Source of the DNA: Saprospiraceae bacterium
GTDB taxonomy: Bacteria; Bacteroidota; Bacteroidia; Chitinophagales; Saprospiraceae
Reading direction: 5' to 3'
NCBI GenBank assembly: GCA_030645295.1
Contig: JAUSMG010000233.1
Location: 1 to 49,610 of the forward strand
DNA length: 49,610 nucleotides
The position numbers were made by a program, and so were the translations under genes. The notes under the pieces were generated by a model that ran no database searches, was not told the origin of the DNA, and saw only the letters and a program-made list of their open reading frames with translations. This document shows, piece by piece, positions 36,891-45,690 of this stretch. The stretch's first letter is position 1, and every line of letters begins with the position of its first letter.

Positions 36891-37457
36891 ATGGAAATCA
36901 TTGAATTGCAGGGTCACCGGAAAGAAACTTCCGGTAAAGTAGAGGCAACTAGAATCCGTCGCACCGGCCAGGTCCCAGCGGTGATGTATAAAAGCGGAGG
37001 TGGCGATTCTATCCAGTTCACACTGGAGTCTGCCGCAGTTCGCCCACTCATTTTCACATCCAAATTCCGACTCGTCGAAATTAGTCTCAACGGCGCTACA
37101 CACAAGTGCATCGTGAAAGACACGCAGTTCCACCCCGTTTCGGAGGAGGTACTGCACGTTGATTTCCTCGAACTCGTGCCAGGAGTGAAGTTTAAGGCTT
37201 CCGTGCCTTTGCGCTTTACGGGCTCTGCCCCGGGCGTAAAAGAAGGCGGCAAGTTCATCCCACGCATGCGTACCGTGAGCATTCTCACGACGCCTGAAAA
37301 AGCAGTCGATGAGGTAAATGCGGACATCGCAGCCATGCAACTGGGCGACACGATCCGTATCAAAGACATTACGGTAATGGATGGTGTGGAAATCACCAAT
37401 CCAAGTGCAGTTCCGATCGCTTCGATCGAAGTCCCACGTGCACTGAAAGCGAAGTAA
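36891..37457 (+). CDS. rplY: 50S ribosomal protein L25 / general stress protein Ctc
   Basis: 188 aa. RKETSGKVEATRIRRTGQVPAVMY and the two-domain length are typical of L25/Ctc. Confidence 0.88.
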   Translation: MEIIELQGHRKETSGKVEATRIRRTGQVPAVMYKSGGGDSIQFTLESAAVRPLIFTSKFRLVEISLNGATHKCIVKDTQFHPVSEEVLHVDFLELVPGVKFKASVPLRFTGSAPGVKEGGKFIPRMRTVSILTTPEKAVDEVNADIAAMQLGDTIRIKDITVMDGVEITNPSAVPIASIEVPRALKAK

Positions 37458-37485
37458 TTATACTGAACGTTTCATCGTTCGCTGG

Positions 37486-37522
37486 ACGGGCGGCCCGAGT
37501 TTCGGGCCGCCCGTTCTTTTTT
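37486..37522 (+). terminator. Rho-independent terminator after rplY
   Basis: ACGGGCGGCCCGA gtt TCGGGCCGCCCGT followed by TCTTTTTT. Confidence 0.85.
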
Positions 37523-37555
37523 CCCGAATTACATTTGCGCCAAAAGCCTGCGCCC

Positions 37556-38005
37556 ATGCTTACTTTTACCTGCCTCACTTTCAACGAACTTTCACCCTAC
37601 ACGCTTTACGAGATCCTCGCCCTGCGTCAGGAGGTTTTTGTTGTGGAACAAAGTTGCCCCTACCAGGACTGCGATGGCAAAGACCTCCAAAGCTGGCACC
37701 TCATGGGCCGCGATGAGCCCGGAAAATTGGTTTGTTACACCCGGCTTTTGCCCAAAGGCCTTGCCTATGATGAGTATGTATCCATCGGTCGCGTCGTGAG
37801 TTCCCCTGTGGTTCGCGGTACCGGAACTGGAAAAATACTGATGAACAAAAGCATTCAAATGTGCCGCCAACTTTTTGGTAATCAAGCGATTAAGATCGGC
37901 GCACAAACCTACCTCTTAAATTTTTATAGAGGCTTTGGCTTTTGTTCCACCGGCGAGGAATATCTGGAAGATGGTATTCCGCATACGAAGATGATTTTGG
38001 TGTGA
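37556..38005 (+). CDS. GNAT family N-acetyltransferase, ElaA-like
   Basis: LYEILALRQEVFVVEQSCPYQDCDGKDL..WHLMG and RGTGTGKILM match ElaA-type GNATs. I chose the start at 37556; 37535 is also possible. Confidence 0.8.
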   Translation: MLTFTCLTFNELSPYTLYEILALRQEVFVVEQSCPYQDCDGKDLQSWHLMGRDEPGKLVCYTRLLPKGLAYDEYVSIGRVVSSPVVRGTGTGKILMNKSIQMCRQLFGNQAIKIGAQTYLLNFYRGFGFCSTGEEYLEDGIPHTKMILV

Positions 38006-38122
38006 CGTTGGACGTTGGAAAAAAACAACTCCACAACCATCGATTAAAAACTATGGTTTGAAATTCTTCGTAAATTGTCCAGGGTCAATTCAGCAAATCT
38101 CGGTTTGATTTGTTCTGCCGCC

Positions 38123-38437
38123 CTGCGTGGGGTCTTACGACCCCGCAGCAATGTTCCACCCTATTTTGCGGGGTCGTGAGACCCTATGGTATGCACATTA
38201 GAATAATTGATTATTAATACATAATGGGGAATCTGCCTTTTGTTTTTGTTCATTTTCACTCAACGCAATTTGTCATGTCGCAACGCAGTGAAGACACCTA
38301 CACAACCCAAGTTACCCTGGATCCGTTTGTGAAAGGCATACCGCGTAGCTTTGGTTGTGTAGGTGTCTACGCTGCGCTGCGACATGACAACTCAGCAAGC
38401 CAAGCATTTTAATGTGCATACCGTAGGTCGTAAGACC
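38123..38437. repeat. Nested palindromic REP/MITE-like element
   Basis: A hairpin CTGCGTGGGGTCTTACGACCCCGCAG is at 38123-38148. The outer arms GGGTCGTGAGACCCTATGGTATGCACATTA (38172-38201) and TAATGTGCATACCGTAGGTCGTAAGACCC (38409-38437) pair. The inner arms GTCATGTCGCAACGCAGTGAAGACACCTACACAACC (~38273-38308) and GGTTGTGTAGGTGTCTACGCTGCGCTGCGACATGAC (~38353-38388) pair. Confidence 0.75.
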
Positions 38438-38474
38438 CTCGCGAGGCACCTGCCCGTGCTAAACAGACATCACT

Positions 38475-38555
38475 GTTGTCAATTGTCCAAAATCAGAGGT
38501 CCACAAGTCCAACGTCTCCATGTCCAACCTCCACAAGTCCAACATCCAAATATCC
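38475..38555 (+). repeat. Tandem GTCCAA(C)-type word array overlapping the start of the GT2 gene
   Basis: ...GGTCCACAAGTCCAACGTCTCCATGTCCAACCTCCACAAGTCCAACATCCAAATATCC. It belongs to the same word family as 10350 and 18657 and encodes the N-terminal MSNLHKSNIQIS. Confidence 0.7.
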
Positions 38556-39233
38556 ATCATCATTCCGACCCTGAATGAGGCTGCCAATATTGGACGGCTT
38601 GTGCATTATTTGCGCGAAAACGCCGGTGCGGCTGTTTCTGAAATACTCGTAGTGGACAGCAACAGCAGTGATGGTACGCCCCAAATTGCTTCCAATGCGG
38701 GTGCCCGGGTGCATATTTGCGAGGTGTGCAGCCGAGCAGCACAAATGAATCTGGGCGCCAAAACAGCCCAAAATGCCGTCCTGTATTTTGTCCATGCGGA
38801 CACGATCCCACCCAGGTCCTTCGCCGTAGACATTCAGCGTGAAATGGAAGCTGGACAGCTGATGGGCTGTTACCGATACCAGTTTGATTCTCCAAAATGG
38901 ATCCTGAAATTCAATGCTTTTTTTGTCCGCTATCCCTGGCTATGGTGCCAGGGCGGCGACAAGACCTTCTTTGTGAAGCAGGAAATTTTCGAAGAATTCG
39001 GCGGGTACGATGAAAGATTTATCGTAATGGAGGAATACGATTTCCTGCGCAAGGCAATGAAAAAATACCCCTTGCGCGTGCTCCCTGAAAACGTCCTTGT
39101 TTCTGCACGCAAATACGAGCACAATAGCTGGCTTCGGGTCCAGTTGGCCAACATTGGAGCATTTTCAATGTTTCGTTGGGGCGTGGAACCGATCAAAATC
39201 AAGCGATTCTACCAATCCATGCTTTCAAAATGA
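38520..39233 (+). CDS. Family 2 glycosyltransferase (resembles the TIGR04283-type subfamily)
   Basis: ISIIIPTLNEAANI, EILVVDSNSSDGT, RAAQMNLGA, YFVHADTIPP and GDKTFFV..EIFEEFGGYDERFIVMEEYDF. The subfamily assignment is from memory of the family pattern. Confidence 0.75.
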   Translation: MSNLHKSNIQISIIIPTLNEAANIGRLVHYLRENAGAAVSEILVVDSNSSDGTPQIASNAGARVHICEVCSRAAQMNLGAKTAQNAVLYFVHADTIPPRSFAVDIQREMEAGQLMGCYRYQFDSPKWILKFNAFFVRYPWLWCQGGDKTFFVKQEIFEEFGGYDERFIVMEEYDFLRKAMKKYPLRVLPENVLVSARKYEHNSWLRVQLANIGAFSMFRWGVEPIKIKRFYQSMLSK

Positions 39234-40009
39234 AAAAGACGATCTTCCTTTCCCTCGCCATTTTGGCCACGGCGCTGATCTGGTTTACTTGTTCCAATTG
39301 CCGTTCCATCAAACGCAACACCTATTCGCGCCCCGTCACCCACGAGATCTGGGACGGTCTGCTGAAGAAACACGTCGGTGCGGATGGCTTTGTAAACTAT
39401 AAAGGATTTATCCGCGACAGCGCCGAACTCAACCGCTACCTCCGACTGTTGGAAAGCGCCCACCCCAGCGACAACGGCTGGACACGCCAGGAGCAAATGG
39501 CGTATTGGATCAATGCCTACAATGCTTACACGGTGCAACTCATTGTGCGCAATTACCCCACGGAAAGCATCAAAGACATTAAGCGTGGACTGGCATTTGT
39601 CAATTCCGTGTGGGATATTAAGTTCATCAAAATTCAGGGCTACACGTATGATCTAAACAACATTGAACACAACATCCTGCGCCCCGTGTTCAAAGATGCC
39701 CGCATCCATGCTGCTGTGAACTGCGCTTCATACTCATGTCCCAGATTACTCAACGAGGCTTATACCGCAGAGCGCCTTGAAAGTCAATTGGATAGCAGCA
39801 TGCGAAGTTTTGTAAACGATCCTTTGCGCAACCAGATCAGTGCCGAAAAAGCAAAAATTTCAGAGATCTTCAAATGGTTCAAAGGCGATTTTGAGCGGGA
39901 TGCCGGCTCGGTGCGGGAATATCTCAATCGATATGCCAAAGTGAAGTTGACGGATAAAACAGACATCTCGCATTTGGATTATCAGTGGTTGTTGAATGAG
40001 GCGAAATGA
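39230..40009 (+). CDS. DUF547 domain-containing lipoprotein/secreted protein
   Basis: Its ATG overlaps the GT2 stop (ATGA). Signal peptide MKKTIFLSLAILATALIWFTCSNC. EQMAYWINAYNAYTVQLIV, IEHNILRP and IHAAVNCASYSCPRL are DUF547 hallmarks. Confidence 0.8.
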   Translation: MKKTIFLSLAILATALIWFTCSNCRSIKRNTYSRPVTHEIWDGLLKKHVGADGFVNYKGFIRDSAELNRYLRLLESAHPSDNGWTRQEQMAYWINAYNAYTVQLIVRNYPTESIKDIKRGLAFVNSVWDIKFIKIQGYTYDLNNIEHNILRPVFKDARIHAAVNCASYSCPRLLNEAYTAERLESQLDSSMRSFVNDPLRNQISAEKAKISEIFKWFKGDFERDAGSVREYLNRYAKVKLTDKTDISHLDYQWLLNEAK

Positions 40010-40025
40010 GTAACACTAAATGGTA

Positions 40026-40098
40026 AAACACATAGGCAGATAGAACACATAGAATCCTGATTTTCAGCATCTATGTGTTCTATCTGCCTATGTGTTTT
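40026..40098. terminator. Perfect 28-bp hairpin between convergent genes (bidirectional terminator candidate)
   Basis: AAAACACATAGGCAGATAGAACACATAG (40026-40053) pairs with CTATGTGTTCTATCTGCCTATGTGTTTT (40071-40098). It is flanked by A-run and T-run. Confidence 0.7.
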
Positions 40099-40116
40099 AT
40101 TTATACCCGTTTAAAT

Positions 40117-40911
40117 TTACCTCCGCAAACGAATCGAGTAAGAATCCCCGTTCGCCAAAGTCAGGATCCCAAAACGGTCGCAAGTGCCATCCCCGAAGTC
40201 AAGCGAGCGGCTGCGTGCACCCACGGTGAACTCGATCACCCCGGAAGATATCCAGCGACAATTCGCGCGTTTGATCAGCGGCTCCGTGATGGTCGCCGTG
40301 AAGTCACGGCCGTTGCGGTTTATGCCCGAAGCCGTGCCGGTGCTGCTCCACACATCATCGTGGTGGGTAGCAGTACCGCCGCCTTCGATGAGCGTGCTGT
40401 TGCGCGTTTTGCTCCAGGTGGTGATGCTGCCATCTTCAAAGGTTAGTTTCATGTTGGTCGCTACTTTGGTGTAATTCCACTGACCCTCAGCGTTTTGGCC
40501 GTTGTTGGTCCAGGTCCGGGTACCTTCTACCTGCACACCGTCTACTACAAAATTATCGTGCGTTACAGTGCGCACCGCGCCGGGTGTGCGGATCTCAGCG
40601 GTTTGATTGATGATCAGGATACCGCTCAAAACCCGGCCATCAGGGCGGGTGCAGGCGGCACCAAAATCAATGGTGATGGTATTGGGCCAAGTGCCCTCTG
40701 GCTGTGCAAAAGTGACCGTGGGACATGGTCCGCCGCCGCGTTCCTCCACGGCGATGTCGGCATCGAGGTCGATTTGCTCGGTGTAGTCTTCATTGGCAGA
40801 GAGGTCTTCTGCAGTGGCGATGACGACGTCGTTGTTGTCATTTTTTTTGCAGGATTCAAAAGCTGCGATGCTGGCGATCAGGGCCAGGAGGAAGAAAAGG
40901 GACTTTTTCAT
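40117..40911 (-). CDS. Hypothetical lipoprotein
   Basis: 264 aa. Lipobox-like signal MKKSLFFLLALIASIAAFESC. The rest is beta-rich with no recognised domain. Confidence 0.6.
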   Translation of the reverse strand: MKKSLFFLLALIASIAAFESCKKNDNNDVVIATAEDLSANEDYTEQIDLDADIAVEERGGGPCPTVTFAQPEGTWPNTITIDFGAACTRPDGRVLSGILIINQTAEIRTPGAVRTVTHDNFVVDGVQVEGTRTWTNNGQNAEGQWNYTKVATNMKLTFEDGSITTWSKTRNSTLIEGGGTATHHDDVWSSTGTASGINRNGRDFTATITEPLIKRANCRWISSGVIEFTVGARSRSLDFGDGTCDRFGILTLANGDSYSIRLRR

Positions 40912-41290
40912 GTTGTGGAAGAATTTTTGTGTTTGTGAAGGAGGTTGAGGAGGTTTCCGACCGGGAAACGGGTGTAGTAGACTGCGGGTTGGAGCGAGGG
41001 TTTAATGGACCGGCAAAAGTTTAGAAAGGAAAAATGGCCGTTGGCAGTAGCATTTGTAGTTCTCTCCGAGTATCTCGATGCGCAATTATGGACTGGCGAT
41101 AAAAATTACTGAAAGGCCTAAGCAATATGGGTTTTACTAGGGGCATGACAACAGATGAAATTTATGGTATGCTTCAAAGCACTTAAAAATAGTTTCAGCA
41201 GATATAAGCGCAGCGGTATGACAGCCATGCCTACCGTTCCCCCAAAATATTCCCCGCACCCAAACGTTCTCCCCCCAAACATTCTATCCT

Positions 41291-42157
41291 ATGCCTAAAC
41301 TGCTGCTGCCTACCCTACTCTTCTGTCTGCTCTCCAACCTGATCTCCGCCCAAAAAGCCGCCAAACCCACCAACATTTATGACCTGAAAGACGCCCTCGC
41401 CAAAAAACTGGTCAGCATCCAGATAGAAGGCAAAGGCGGCCATCAGGGCGAGTCCCTGAAATTGGTGTGCAAAAACCTGCGTGAACAATACCTGCGCCTG
41501 CGCATTCCGCAAGGTCAACTCATGGAGCCTGCGGATTCTGCCCAGCAAACGCTGGTGGTAGCAGAAGAAATATTGCTTGCAGTCACGGCCAAAACACCCG
41601 TCGAAACATCACTCAAGACCTTTTGTACCCAGGCGGGCGACAACTCTCCCAGCGCCGGATCCGCATTTGCCGCAGGAGCGATCGCTCCGGCCGCAGTATG
41701 TAACTTGTTGAAATTCATCGTTGAAAAAGGCAAAACCGCAAGTCCGGAAGCTCAAACTGCGGTATGGTGCCTCACCAGTGGACAATCGCTCGGCTCTATC
41801 GGCGATGGGGAACTGACCAAATTCGTGGCCGACCAACTGGGCAAGGAAGTCCCCGGTTACAGGATCCGCCACAGCGTGGTAGAAACGGTGCCCGGACGAC
41901 CTGCAGAACTGGGTAAAGCACTCGTAATCGAGGGCAATTTCCGTTACTATCTGGAGATAGACGAGCGTACCATCATGGTGCTGCTCGACGGGTCAGGCAA
42001 ACTTATCAAACAGGTTGGAAAAGAAGAAATTATGAAGGCTGGCGAGCACCGCAGCAGTCTGCGCCTGGAGGTGTACAATCTTGATCCGGGCAAATACATA
42101 CTGCGCATGCAGACCAAAGCGGGGCGGGTGATCAAGGATACGGAGATTGAATTTTGA
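41291..42157 (+). CDS. Hypothetical secreted protein
   Basis: 288 aa. Signal peptide MPKLLLPTLLFCLLSNLISAQ. No recognised domain. Confidence 0.6.
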   Translation: MPKLLLPTLLFCLLSNLISAQKAAKPTNIYDLKDALAKKLVSIQIEGKGGHQGESLKLVCKNLREQYLRLRIPQGQLMEPADSAQQTLVVAEEILLAVTAKTPVETSLKTFCTQAGDNSPSAGSAFAAGAIAPAAVCNLLKFIVEKGKTASPEAQTAVWCLTSGQSLGSIGDGELTKFVADQLGKEVPGYRIRHSVVETVPGRPAELGKALVIEGNFRYYLEIDERTIMVLLDGSGKLIKQVGKEEIMKAGEHRSSLRLEVYNLDPGKYILRMQTKAGRVIKDTEIEF

Positions 42158-42243
42158 ATACCGCCGTTTTACTGCCTTAAATTTGGCGGTTACCAAGGTT
42201 TTACACTACCTTCGCGCTGAATATATCCGGTAAATTCAGCGAT

Positions 42244-43656
42244 ATGGTAGGTCGACAGGAAGAAATCAAAATTTTACAGTCCTTGGATCAAGCCGACAAA
42301 TCGGCTTTTGTGGCGGTATATGGCCGACGCAGGGTTGGCAAAACGTACTTGGTTCGTCATGTTTTCGAGGAAAAATTCACTTTCCATTTGACGGGCATAG
42401 CCAATGTGGGACTGCAACCACAGCTGGCCAATTTTTATGCAGCCTTGGTCAGATATTTTCCGTGGCTGGAGGACAAACCGATGCCGGTTGATTGGTTTCA
42501 GGCATTTCAATACCTGATTTCTGCTTTGGAGCGCAGCCAAGATGTTAGAAAAGTATTGTTTCTGGACGAGCTGCCGTGGTTCGATTATCCGAGATCGGGG
42601 TTCATTCCGGCCTTAGAGCACTTTTGGAATAGTTTCGCAAGTGCCCGGCGCGATATTCTGCTCCTGGTTTGTGGATCTGCGGCTTCTTGGATGATCAATA
42701 ACCTTATCAACAATCGGGGTGGCCTGCACAACCGGGTAACCCACCGAATTAGGCTTGATCCTTTTACTTTGAACGAATGTGAGGCTTTTCTCCAACAAAA
42801 ATCTTTCACTTACGACCGCTATCAGATCGTACAGCTATATATGGCACTGGGTGGCATCCCGTTCTATTTGGAGGCCGTAAGTCCGGAAAAAAGTGCGGCG
42901 CAAAACATCAATGATCTTTGCTTCTCGCCTCGGGGGATGCTCCGAAAAGAATTTGACAGCTTACTCGCTTCTTTGTTCAAAAACGCAGGCAAACATATCG
43001 CAATCATAGAAGTATTGGCAAAAAAAGCCAAAGGTTTGGAGCGGGGGGAACTGCTCAAATTGGCCAAACTTACCGACGGCGGCAGTGCAAGCAAAATACT
43101 AGGGGAATTGGAAGAGAGTAGTTTTATAAAAAAGTATCCTGCTTTTGGGAAAAGTAACCGCTATGTACTCTACCAATTGGTGGATTTCTACTCGCTTTTT
43201 TATTTGAAATTTATAAAGAACAGCAGCGAATTGGATAAGGATTTTTGGTTGAATTCCCTGGACAACCCGGAAGTACGGGCTTGGAGCGGCTATTCTTTTG
43301 AACAAGTTTGTCTGGCGCATCTGGACAAAATTAAACAGGCTTTGGGTATCAGCGGGATTCAAACCCGGTCGTCTGCTTGGGTGGGCGAATCCGGAGGGCA
43401 AAAAGCGCAAATTGATCTGGTTATTGATCGCCGTGATCACGTCATCAACCTCTGTGAGATGAAATTTTCTTTGAATCCATTTGAAATAAATAAAAGTTAT
43501 GCGGACGATTTACGAACCAAAATCGGGGTATTCAAATCGGCAACCCAAACTAAAAAAGCAGTATTCCTCACGCTTATCACCACTTTTGGCATACAGGCAG
43601 GTGGCCACGCTGGCGGCTTGGTCCAAAATTCACTGACCGTGGATGTTTTGTTTTGA
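42244..43656 (+). CDS. AAA ATPase of the archaeal-ATPase/DUF234 type
   Basis: 470 aa. GRQEEIKIL...FVAVYGRRRVGKTYLV (Walker A) and VLFLDELPW (Walker B). The C-terminal region has an IDLVI...INLCEMKF nuclease-like pattern, as in DUF234. Confidence 0.7.
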   Translation: MVGRQEEIKILQSLDQADKSAFVAVYGRRRVGKTYLVRHVFEEKFTFHLTGIANVGLQPQLANFYAALVRYFPWLEDKPMPVDWFQAFQYLISALERSQDVRKVLFLDELPWFDYPRSGFIPALEHFWNSFASARRDILLLVCGSAASWMINNLINNRGGLHNRVTHRIRLDPFTLNECEAFLQQKSFTYDRYQIVQLYMALGGIPFYLEAVSPEKSAAQNINDLCFSPRGMLRKEFDSLLASLFKNAGKHIAIIEVLAKKAKGLERGELLKLAKLTDGGSASKILGELEESSFIKKYPAFGKSNRYVLYQLVDFYSLFYLKFIKNSSELDKDFWLNSLDNPEVRAWSGYSFEQVCLAHLDKIKQALGISGIQTRSSAWVGESGGQKAQIDLVIDRRDHVINLCEMKFSLNPFEINKSYADDLRTKIGVFKSATQTKKAVFLTLITTFGIQAGGHAGGLVQNSLTVDVLF

Positions 43657-43665
43657 AAATTATTT

Positions 43666-44808
43666 TTATGTAATGAAAGGTATATAATTGCTGCGGTCTA
43701 CCACTTCAAAAGTAGCTTCAGGGTAAGTTTCAAGCCATAATGCTGGCGGCTTGACCTCGCGTTTAGACCATTTGAATTCATAGCCAAAAAGTCGCCCGTC
43801 GCGTTCCTCCACAAAGTCTACTTCTTTTTGGTCATAAGTGCGCCAGAAGTAGTTGTTGCTGAATATCTTGTGATAATGCTGTTTTTTTAGTCGTTCGATC
43901 ACCAGATAATTCTCCCACAATCCACCGATGTCGTTCCGGGTGTCCGGCTCATTAAAGTTGTTGATGATGGCATTCCGGATGCCATTGTCCCAAAAATAAT
44001 ATCGCGAACTCTTGGCGATCTCTTTGCGAAGGTTGCGAGAATAACTCCCCATTCTTTTTAAAACGAATACTTTCTCCAGCAAATCAAGGTATTTTTCAAC
44101 GGTTCGGGTATTCAATCCGGTATTTCGGCTGAGTTCAAGCACGGACACCATTTGACCGGTTTGAAAAGCGAGTAACTTAAGGAGGTCAAGAATTTTTTGA
44201 GACTTACGAATGTCCTCAAACATCAGGAGGTCCTTATATAGATAGCCATTTACGATATGATTGAGCAACTCACGTTTGTCTGACAACCCAATCGTTGTGA
44301 CCACTTCGGGATACCCGCCATAAATCAGGCGTTGCGGCAGCAGTTCTTCGGTTTGAAATGGCGCTTCTATGGGCGAAAGTTCGAGTTGAGCAATCGGGAA
44401 AAGGACAAATTCCCATTTTCTGCCCACAAGCGGTTCGCCTGTCTGGTTGGAGATGTCGAACGAAGAGGAGCCCGTTGCTAAAACGCGAACATCCTGCAGG
44501 TGATCCACAATGAGTTTTAGATTCAACCCGATTTGTGGCACATTTTGGGCCTCATCTATTACAAGCAGTTTGTTTTTGCCAATGTTTTGCCGGAGGATTT
44601 CCAAACTTTGGCTGCCCAACCAGGCTTTGACTGCCCTGTCTTCCCCAGAAACAAACAAAAATGGCTCAGTTTCTTCGGCTACTATTTCCCGTATCAAGGT
44701 GGTTTTGCCCGCCTGTCGAGGCCCCAAAATAATGACCACTTTGCCCGGAACCATTCTATCTTTCACTTGGTTATAGATAAATCTTGAAATTTTCATACTA
44801 TAATACAT
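43666..44808 (-). CDS. AAA ATPase with DUF4143-type C-terminal domain
   Basis: 380 aa. Walker A GPRQAGKTTL and Walker B LLVIDEAQ. The C-terminus YFWRTYDQKEVDFVEE...GYEFKW is typical of AAA_14/DUF4143 proteins. The start may be 44796. Confidence 0.7.
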   Translation of the reverse strand: MYYSMKISRFIYNQVKDRMVPGKVVIILGPRQAGKTTLIREIVAEETEPFLFVSGEDRAVKAWLGSQSLEILRQNIGKNKLLVIDEAQNVPQIGLNLKLIVDHLQDVRVLATGSSSFDISNQTGEPLVGRKWEFVLFPIAQLELSPIEAPFQTEELLPQRLIYGGYPEVVTTIGLSDKRELLNHIVNGYLYKDLLMFEDIRKSQKILDLLKLLAFQTGQMVSVLELSRNTGLNTRTVEKYLDLLEKVFVLKRMGSYSRNLRKEIAKSSRYYFWDNGIRNAIINNFNEPDTRNDIGGLWENYLVIERLKKQHYHKIFSNNYFWRTYDQKEVDFVEERDGRLFGYEFKWSKREVKPPALWLETYPEATFEVVDRSNYIPFIT

Positions 44809-44914
44809 AAATTTTCCAGTAAAATTATGTATTTAATAATTTTCAGCCTAATTCTCATAGAAAATAAATCAAGACTGGTCATAAAACAATCCAACCAAGC
44901 CGACAGGAACGCGC

Positions 44915-44922
44915 TATTTTTG
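44915..44922 (+). promoter_or_regulatory. Candidate -7 box TATTTTTG upstream of the membrane-protein gene
   Basis: TAnnTTTG match 52 nt before the ATG at 44974. Confidence 0.3.
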
Positions 44923-44973
44923 CCCTTTCGATCCATTGTTTCCCCGCCCAAAATTGAGAACTGAAGCCATAAA

Positions 44974-45588
44974 ATGACCACTGACCTCCTGCTCGGAAGC
45001 CTGGCCCTCAGCCTGCTCCATGCCGCCATTCCCAATCACTGGCTACCCATTGTGGCCATTGGAAAACGTGCGGGTTGGACTGCGGCCAAAGCTTCGCGCA
45101 TCACCCTCTGGGCCGGAGGCGCGCACGCACTCAGCACGGTCCTCATAGGGCTGCTGATCAGCCTGGCAGGCTGGCAACTTTCTGCCTGGGCTGAAACTTT
45201 TATGGAAACGGCTGCCCCCCTGCTGCTTATGGCCCTGGGGGTGGTGTTTATCTGGCGGCACTATTACCATCGGCACTTTCACTTGCATGGCCAGGTTCAG
45301 GCACAACTCCCTGAAAAACAATTGATTGTTGCGCTCGCCTCTGCGATGTTTTTTTCGCCCTGCCTCGAGATCGGCGCATTTTTTCTGGTGGCTGGTACAC
45401 ACGGCGGCTGGGCTGTTTTAAGCCTTTCTCTGCTGTATACCATTACGACCGTAGGGGGTATGGTGGTCTGGGTGCAATTGGTGTGGCACGGACTTTCTCT
45501 TGCCAACTGGCACGCGCTGGAACATTACGCGGGGATCATTTCAGGCGTGGTTTTGATGCTGGCAGGGCTGCTGGGGTTAATGCATTAG
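44974..45588 (+). CDS. Polytopic membrane protein, possibly a Ni/Co-type metal transporter (NicO/RcnA-like)
   Basis: 204 aa with about 6 TM helices. There is an HAAIPNHW motif in TM1 and a His-rich loop RHYYHRHFHLHG. The function is inferred from these motifs only. Confidence 0.4.
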   Translation: MTTDLLLGSLALSLLHAAIPNHWLPIVAIGKRAGWTAAKASRITLWAGGAHALSTVLIGLLISLAGWQLSAWAETFMETAAPLLLMALGVVFIWRHYYHRHFHLHGQVQAQLPEKQLIVALASAMFFSPCLEIGAFFLVAGTHGGWAVLSLSLLYTITTVGGMVVWVQLVWHGLSLANWHALEHYAGIISGVVLMLAGLLGLMH

Positions 45589-45690
45589 GTGATGAAGTGA
45601 TAGAGTGATGAAGTGATTCGCACTCAGCAAATCACTTCATCACTCCATCACTCCATCACCCAATCACTCCATCATCCAATCACTTCATCC
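45588..45690. repeat. Word palindrome (GTGATGAAGTGAT / ATCACTTCATCAC words) between convergent genes
   Basis: GGTGATGAAGTGATAGAGTGATGAAGTGATT pairs with AATCACTTCATCACTCCATCACTCCATCACCCAATCACTCCATCATCCAATCACTTCATCC. The right arm reaches the stop codon of the minus-strand giant gene. Confidence 0.8.

Noticed and set aside
38224-38412. 62-aa ORF in the elaA-GT2 spacer
   Set aside because: It is generated by the inner inverted arms of the nested palindromic element and has no independent coding evidence.
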